Assembly (NCBI GenBank): GCA_019661945.1
Contig: JAIFWI010000003.1
Coordinates: forward strand, 1,126 to 65,125
Source: Candidatus Parcubacteria bacterium
GTDB lineage: Bacteria > Patescibacteriota > Minisyncoccia > Phycocordibacterales > JAKAEA01
DNA length: 64,000 nt
Direction of reading: 5' to 3'
Shown here: in pieces, positions 58,568-64,000 of the stretch
Numbering within the stretch: the first letter of the stretch is position 1
Layout of the letters: each line of letters opens with the position of its first letter
Translations under genes and position numbers: made by a program
Notes under the pieces: generated by a model
Database searches by the model: none
What the model was told of the DNA's origin: nothing
What the model saw: only the letters and a program-made list of their open reading frames with translations

Positions 58568-60025
58568 ATGAAGGAATACTATACAACCATAGGCCTTGAA
58601 ATACATGCTGAATTGAAGACCAAGACCAAGATGTTTTGCAATTCCAAGAATGATCCGGATGAAAAACAGCCGAATGTGAATGTCTGTCCGATTTGTATGG
58701 GTCATCCGGGGACTTTGCCGGTTATTAATAAAGAAGCAGTTAAGCATGTCTTGAAAATGGGTGTAGCTTTGAATGGACAACTGGCAGATTTTACGGAATT
58801 CGATCGTAAGAATTATTTCTATCCAGATATTCCAAAAAGTTATCAGCTTTCGCAATATAAATATCCGCTAGTCTCCGGTGGGGAATTACATGGTATTAAA
58901 ATTACTCGTGTACATCTCGAAGAAGATACGGGCACCTCACAGCATGAAGGTGATCATAGTTTGGTCAATTATAATCGTGCGGGAGTGCCGCTTATGGAAC
59001 TTGTCACTGAGCCGGTGATTCATACCGCTGAAGATGCCGTTAACTTTGCTAAAGAATTACAACTCTTACTCCGCTACATTGGTGCAGGTGAAGCCAACAT
59101 GGAAAAAGGTGAAATGCGAGTTGAAGCGAATATTTCTGTCAGCGATGATCCGAAAAAATTTGGCACAAAGGTTGAAGTCAAAAATTTAAACTCTTTTCGG
59201 GCAGTCGAGCGGGCAATTGCTTATGAAGTCGAACGTCATACAGAGGCCTTAGAAAAGGGCGAGAAAATAGTTCAAGAAACTCGCGGTTGGAATGAAACAA
59301 AAGAGCAGACCTATTCCCAGCGTACTAAAGAAGACTCACACGACTACCGCTATTTTCCTGATCCAGATTTACCAAAGCTTTATATTAGTGAGATTCCGGA
59401 ATTTGAGAAAGATGTTTTAGAAAAAGAATTAGGAGAACTGCCGTGGGCTAAGCGAGAGCGGTACAAAAAAGAGTTTGAACTCAGAGATGAAGATGTTGAG
59501 ATTTATATTCAATCTCCAGAATGGGGACATTATTTTGAAGCTGTACTCCGAAATTTAGGAATTGAGTTCCTAAATCAATTTGGGAACTCAATTCCCAAGG
59601 ATAGGCAAATGGCTAAACTAGCTTCAAATTATATTAGTTCTGATTTATTGGGACTTGTAAAAAAAGAACCAGAATTTTGGCAGAAAAAGCCGATTGATGA
59701 TAAGCATTTTGCGGAATTAATAAAAATGCTTGGAGAAAATAAAGTTTCTTCACGCGGAGCAAAAGATATTTTAGCTTTGATGTATAAAGAGGGAGGAGAA
59801 CCGGCAAAAATTGCTCAAGAAAAAGGATTGTTACAAAAAAGTGACGAAGGGGAACTTAAAACTATTATCGAAAAAATTATTGCTGATAATCCAAAGGTTG
59901 TGGCGGATTATAAAGCAGGTAAAGAAGCTTCTCTTCAATTTCTCATCGGCCAAGGTATGAAAGCTACTAAGGGTTCAGCTAATCCTGAAGTTCTCAAGAA
60001 TTTATTCAAATCTACTTTAGGATAA
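58568..60025 (+). CDS. gatB: aspartyl/glutamyl-tRNA(Asn/Gln) amidotransferase subunit B
   Basis: YTTIGLEIHAEL N-terminus and the full GatB layout (485 aa). Confidence 0.9.
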   Translation: MKEYYTTIGLEIHAELKTKTKMFCNSKNDPDEKQPNVNVCPICMGHPGTLPVINKEAVKHVLKMGVALNGQLADFTEFDRKNYFYPDIPKSYQLSQYKYPLVSGGELHGIKITRVHLEEDTGTSQHEGDHSLVNYNRAGVPLMELVTEPVIHTAEDAVNFAKELQLLLRYIGAGEANMEKGEMRVEANISVSDDPKKFGTKVEVKNLNSFRAVERAIAYEVERHTEALEKGEKIVQETRGWNETKEQTYSQRTKEDSHDYRYFPDPDLPKLYISEIPEFEKDVLEKELGELPWAKRERYKKEFELRDEDVEIYIQSPEWGHYFEAVLRNLGIEFLNQFGNSIPKDRQMAKLASNYISSDLLGLVKKEPEFWQKKPIDDKHFAELIKMLGENKVSSRGAKDILALMYKEGGEPAKIAQEKGLLQKSDEGELKTIIEKIIADNPKVVADYKAGKEASLQFLIGQGMKATKGSANPEVLKNLFKSTLG

Positions 60026-60123
60026 TTCAACCAAACGAAAACCCCCATTGACTGCTGAACAAAAATCAATGGTGATTTTCGTTCCCCAGTTGGGGGTTGG
60101 GTCAGCTTACGCTGATGGTTGTA

Positions 60124-60705
60124 CTACTTGCAGAACATCAGAGCGATGATTTGGCGCCGCAAGATGACCTTCTCCATCATGCTGATGAACTCCTCGGGTT
60201 TGAGGTGAATGCCGTAGGTCGCGAATAGCACCTCGGGCTCCATCGTTATGGAGATCTTGGGGTCGAAGAACTCCGACGCCGAGATGCCGGACATCTCCAT
60301 GACGACGTTCGTCAATTGGCGGTTGATGTTGATCTCGACACTGCGGTCTCGATCCCATCCGGGGAAGGCCGCGGCCAGTTTGTCTTTGGCCCTGTCCCAT
60401 TTCTCCTCCATGCCGTCGTTGAAGCCGAGGCTGTAGTTCCCACCGACGGCGTCGCGGATTTTGTCGAAGAACACTTGGAGCGTCCCGCGGCACTCGCTGA
60501 TGGAGGGGACATGGAGTTCGTGCAGCTCGAGGCCGATCGCCTGTAGCTCTTGGACGTGTCGCACAATGGGGACAATGCGCCTGAACAGCTCCTCATTGTG
60601 TGCGAGGATCGCCCAGAAGTCCTTGTCAGCGCCTGCCTTCCGACCAGTGATGACCGCTTCCCAAACGACGCCCATGTCCTTGCCGAAATCGGATGATGAT
60701 GCCAT
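60124..60705 (-). CDS. hypothetical protein, GC-rich (~57%)
   Basis: A Shine-Dalgarno site AGGAGG lies 7 nt upstream of the ATG at 60705. No domain was recognised. Confidence 0.5.
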   Translation of the reverse strand: MASSSDFGKDMGVVWEAVITGRKAGADKDFWAILAHNEELFRRIVPIVRHVQELQAIGLELHELHVPSISECRGTLQVFFDKIRDAVGGNYSLGFNDGMEEKWDRAKDKLAAAFPGWDRDRSVEININRQLTNVVMEMSGISASEFFDPKISITMEPEVLFATYGIHLKPEEFISMMEKVILRRQIIALMFCK

Positions 60706-60817
60706 GAGGCACCTCCTTGAGTTGTGACACACCCCGTTGAGCAACACGCTCGTCAGGACGCACCATGGTTATCTATTTCAATTATATCACATATATCATA
60801 TAAGTCAAACGTGGTGA

Positions 60818-60846
60818 TTGCCTTGGGATTTATGTTGTGCTATAAT
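60818..60846 (+). promoter_or_regulatory. strong sigma70-like promoter for rnpB (TTGCCT-17-TATAAT)
   Basis: Perfect -10 element TATAAT at 60841-60846. The -35 element TTGCCT is at 60818-60823. Confidence 0.55.
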
Positions 60847-60852
60847 AGCAAC

Positions 60853-61302
60853 ACTTGCATTGGATAATTGCATTCGTTCTCGGAAGGGGACGATATGAGG
60901 AAAGTCCGAACACCGCCAATTTTGTCTGCCGTAGGCAGCTACAAAATTGAGCGTTCCGCGAAGCTTTAGCGGAGTGGAACAGGCCCCACTTCGTCAAAGA
61001 CTACGCGGGGCTCTCGATTTTGTAACCACCTGCGGTGGACAAAATCGGAGCAAGGTAGTGGGTAACGCCCATCACCACCTATATGTGGGTGGTCGAGTTG
61101 CGAACAGAAACGACCCGGTTTAGTCCGGCTGAAACGGCTAAATACTTACCCCGGTGCAAGGCCGAGCCCCGCGGAGTTCGAAAGAACGAAGTGGGGAGTG
61201 CTGCTTGAGCTTGTTGGTAACAACAGGCCTAGATAAATAATTATCTCGAGTCCAGCGCAAGCTGGACGAAGATACAGAATTCGGCTTATAGATGCAAGAC
61301 AT
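60853..61302 (+). ncRNA. rnpB: RNase P RNA (bacterial type A-like)
   Basis: Conserved blocks: GAGGAAAGTCCGAACAC (CR-I/P4 5' strand), GGGTAACGCCC, GCTGCTTGAGC (CR-V-like) and GATACAGAATTCGGCTTAT (P4 3' strand). A P3 hairpin with a GGAA loop is present. The ends are approximate. Confidence 0.75.
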
Positions 61303-61308
61303 ATCATA

Positions 61309-61333
61309 AACCGCGCCCTAAAGGCGCGGTTTA
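61309..61333 (+). terminator. intrinsic terminator after rnpB (ACCGCGCC-CTAAA-GGCGCGGT then TTTAT)
   Basis: 8-bp GC stem. Confidence 0.5.
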
Positions 61334-61414
61334 TGCGTGTGTATAAAAATTTATTGCTGAATTACTTCTCATCATCTATAATGAACTTTACATAAAAGCT
61401 TTATTATTTTTTCT

Positions 61415-63856
61415 ATGGAACCAGAACATACATCATTTAGTTCACCTGTGCGAGGAGATGAGTTGACTGCCGACAAGGTGGTAAAATGGAGTATCCTAGC
61501 GGTTGTATTGCTTATCCCACTCTTTTTCATTCCGACATCAATAGCCTCATTTCAATTTGCTAAAGTTCTATTACTCTATGCCGGTATCATTATTGCTTTC
61601 TGTGCCTGTATCATTGCTCGTCTTAAAGACGGTGTTCTTCGAGTAATGCCACACTATCTTTTTGCAGCACTTGCGGCTATTCCAGTTACTATGGCAATTT
61701 CTGCCGTGCTCTCTCGCTCAAAAGTCTCTTCTATCATCGGCCAAGGTTTTGAAGTGGGCACTCTAGCTTTTATGACTGCCTGTGCTGCCTTGGCATTTTT
61801 TGTGTCATATTTCTTTGCCACAAAGCGAACAGCAGTATACGCGTATCTGGCCTTCCTTATTCCTGTACCAATTGTTGCTTTGTATCAGCTCATTCGACTT
61901 TTTGCCGGAGGTAGTGCCTTGTCGTTCGGAGTCCTCACAAATCCAACATCAACCCTTATCGGTGGCTGGAATGATCTTGGAATTTATTTTGGTGTAGTGG
62001 CTCTCTTCTGTTTCATTAGTCTTGAATTGTTAAGTCTTGATCGACCATTAAAAATTGCCTTTGGTGTTGTGCTCGGCGTCTCATTGTTCTTTTTGAGTAT
62101 CGTTAACTTTACTATTGTCTGGTATATCTTGGCTGGGTTTGCTCTGATTTTCTTTGTCTACAATTTCTCATTTAATAAATCGCGGGCATATGAAGAGTTT
62201 TCGTCAGGGGATACCACTACGCGTCGGACAGTACCAGTTATTTCACTTGTCGTACTTCTTATATCTGTCATTTTCATTCTCCTTCGAGGCAATTTGTATA
62301 CCGCTACCGCTGATCTCTTTAATACTCCCGTACTTCAGCGGCTTGTTGTTTCAAATGTTGAAGTTAGGCCATCGTGGTCAAGTACCTATGATATAGCTAA
62401 GAATTCACTTCGACAGGATCCCATTTTTGGTGTTGGTCCGAATCGTTTTGTGAATGAATGGCTTGAGTCAAAACCACAACCAGTCAACAGCACAATTTTC
62501 TGGGGTACTGATTTCAATTACGGTATTGGTCTTATTCCAACATTCATCATTACGACCGGACTTTTGGGAACCTTAGCTTGGCTCGTATTCTTTGCCCTAT
62601 TCTTGTATATGGGTTTCAGAGCGCTTTTCACCAAAATGCAGGATCCATTTTCTAGCTATCTGACAGTGTCATCATTTATTCTAGCTTTGTATTTATGGGT
62701 CTTTACGGTTTTGTATGTGCCGTCAGCGCCGCTTTTGGTACTGACCTTCTTCTTTACTGGTATGTTTATGGCATCTCTTGTTGAAAATAAGCTTGTGCCA
62801 ATGCGCAGTATAAGTTTCCTCCGAGATCCACGAATGAGTTTTGCTTCGGTCCTTGTCTTTATCGTGCTTCTCCTTGGAATGTTAGTCACGAGTTATGCTA
62901 TTGGCCGACGATTTATTGCTTCGCTTTATTTCAATCGGGCTTTAGCTGAGGCTAATGTCAGCGGCAATCTTGAACGATCCGAGAGCTTCTTGCTTCGATC
63001 GGTACAATTGAGCAATCAGGATCAGTTTTATCGAACACTTTCAGAATTGAGCCTCATTCGCATTAATCAGCTTCTGTCTCAACAAAATATTTCTCAAACA
63101 GTTCTTGAAAATCAATTCCGAGCACTTTTGGCTACAGCCCAGAATGCTGCACAAGCGGCTGTTAATCTTGATGTTACAAATTATCAAAATTGGTTAGCTC
63201 TAGGGCGAGCATATGAATCAGTCGTACCGTTTAAAGTGCCGGGTGCTTATGAGAAAGCTTTAGAGTCATACAATGAAGCTCGTAAACTGAATCCACGCAG
63301 TCCGGCAATACCACTTGTCATGGCCCGTCTTGATGTTGCGAATAATAATATTCCAAAAGCCAAAGAACATATCGGAGAAGCCTTGCAGCTCAAGAATGAT
63401 TACACTGATGCAATTTTCTTCCTTTCACAAATTCAGGTTAATGAGGGTGATATAAAAAGTGCTATTCAATCAGTTGAAGCAGCGGCATTCTTGAATCCAA
63501 ATAACCCAGGAGTATATTTCCAGCTTGGACTACTACGATATCAAGATAAAAATTACACTGCTGCCGCTTCGGCATTTGAGCAGGCTGTTGTACTCGTCCC
63601 AGACTATGCTAACGCAAAATATTTTCTTGGACTTTCCTATGACAATATGAATCGAACTCAAGATGCGATTAAACAATTTGAAGAACTGAAGGCATCAAAT
63701 CCAGATAATGCCGAAGTAAATTTAATTCTGACCAATCTTAAAGCTGGCCGTGATGCATTTGCTAATGTTCGGCCGCCTCTTGATAACAAGCCCGAAAGCC
63801 GATCAAATCCGCCACTCAAGGAAACTAAGCCAGAATCAGAAACTGATGATCGGTAG
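61415..63856 (+). CDS. O-antigen ligase-like polytopic membrane protein with C-terminal TPR repeats (paralog of 39713-41959)
   Basis: Many TM helices. The C-terminal ~300 aa are TPR-like. Length is 813 aa. Confidence 0.7.
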   Translation: MEPEHTSFSSPVRGDELTADKVVKWSILAVVLLIPLFFIPTSIASFQFAKVLLLYAGIIIAFCACIIARLKDGVLRVMPHYLFAALAAIPVTMAISAVLSRSKVSSIIGQGFEVGTLAFMTACAALAFFVSYFFATKRTAVYAYLAFLIPVPIVALYQLIRLFAGGSALSFGVLTNPTSTLIGGWNDLGIYFGVVALFCFISLELLSLDRPLKIAFGVVLGVSLFFLSIVNFTIVWYILAGFALIFFVYNFSFNKSRAYEEFSSGDTTTRRTVPVISLVVLLISVIFILLRGNLYTATADLFNTPVLQRLVVSNVEVRPSWSSTYDIAKNSLRQDPIFGVGPNRFVNEWLESKPQPVNSTIFWGTDFNYGIGLIPTFIITTGLLGTLAWLVFFALFLYMGFRALFTKMQDPFSSYLTVSSFILALYLWVFTVLYVPSAPLLVLTFFFTGMFMASLVENKLVPMRSISFLRDPRMSFASVLVFIVLLLGMLVTSYAIGRRFIASLYFNRALAEANVSGNLERSESFLLRSVQLSNQDQFYRTLSELSLIRINQLLSQQNISQTVLENQFRALLATAQNAAQAAVNLDVTNYQNWLALGRAYESVVPFKVPGAYEKALESYNEARKLNPRSPAIPLVMARLDVANNNIPKAKEHIGEALQLKNDYTDAIFFLSQIQVNEGDIKSAIQSVEAAAFLNPNNPGVYFQLGLLRYQDKNYTAAASAFEQAVVLVPDYANAKYFLGLSYDNMNRTQDAIKQFEELKASNPDNAEVNLILTNLKAGRDAFANVRPPLDNKPESRSNPPLKETKPESETDDR

Positions 63857-63859
63857 TTC

Positions 63860-64000
63860 ATGGTTACGAAAGTCTTAAAGTTTATAAGTAGAGAAATAGG
63901 CGGCCTTCACGAGGCTGCCTATCTTCTTGGTTTTTTTGCTATTCTATCGCAGATTTTGGCACTGGTTCGAGATCGGCTTTTTGCCTATACCTTCGGCGCC
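63860..64000 (+). CDS. murJ: lipid II flippase MurJ/MviN, N-terminal fragment (continues beyond window)
   Basis: The ...ILSQILALVRDRLFAYTFGA segment matches the MurJ N-terminal signature. The full 47-aa fragment is MVTKVLKFISREIGGLHEAAYLLGFFAILSQILALVRDRLFAYTFGA. Confidence 0.55.
   Translation, partial: MVTKVLKFISREIGGLHEAAYLLGFFAILSQILALVRDRLFAYTFGA

Noticed and set aside
61095-61120. AACAGAAACGACCCGG as the RNase P P4 3' strand
   Set aside because: The block order relative to GCTGCTTGAG is wrong. The true P4 3' strand is ACAGAATTCGGCTTA at about 61274-61288.

Overview
A low-GC bacterial chromosome window (~36-40% GC by eye, mostly Shine-Dalgarno-less genes; CPR/Patescibacteria-like small-genome organism is an inference only).

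Core genes, all on the + strand: pyk, pgeF-like, murD, murC, murB, secA, eno, gpmI, obg, gatB, a 5'-partial murJ at the right edge, rnpB (RNase P RNA), tRNA-Ile(GAT) and tRNA-Leu(CAG).

Centre of the window (15.2-42 kb): a ~25 kb surface-glycan locus.
- A TraG/VirD4-like cytoplasmic ATPase leads it.
- Six GT4-type glycosyltransferases, an SDR epimerase and three SAM methyltransferases follow on the + strand.
- A minus-strand operon encodes a GT11 alpha-1,2-fucosyltransferase, an unusual GT11-GT17 fusion enzyme and a GT2 fusion protein.
- A CDP-3,6-dideoxyhexose-like pathway is present (rfbF, rfbG, an RfbH/E1-like dehydrase with His in place of the Lys, an RmlC-like epimerase and an SDR reductase). 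No E3 reductase is seen.
- A Wzm/Wzt ABC exporter and an O-antigen-ligase-like TPR membrane protein complete it. A second ligase-like protein sits at 61.4 kb.

Accessory and unusual content:
- A RAYT/IS200-like HuH tyrosine transposase carries four copies of a 13-15 bp palindrome (GGACACTTAGTGTCC).
- A truncated tRNA-Ile copy with an embedded perfect 10-bp hairpin lies next to the intact tRNA-Ile. It is followed by a ~500 bp GC-rich island.
- At least seven small GC-rich (50-65%) single-gene islets each have a canonical Shine-Dalgarno site and their own hairpin terminator. They include a NUDIX hydrolase, a 2OG-Fe(II) oxygenase, a DUF218-like protein and ORFans.
- A 33-nt promoter-like direct repeat flanks a tRNA-Leu/ORFan/NUDIX block.
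- A PMT-family mannosyltransferase pseudogene with two +1 frameshifts sits next to a Pro/Ser/Thr-rich surface protein.
- A tRNA-like element with a 9-nt anticodon loop has an 18-bp inverted copy 148 bp away.
- A structured leader plus a Lys-rich micro-ORF lies upstream of secA.

No CRISPR array was found.
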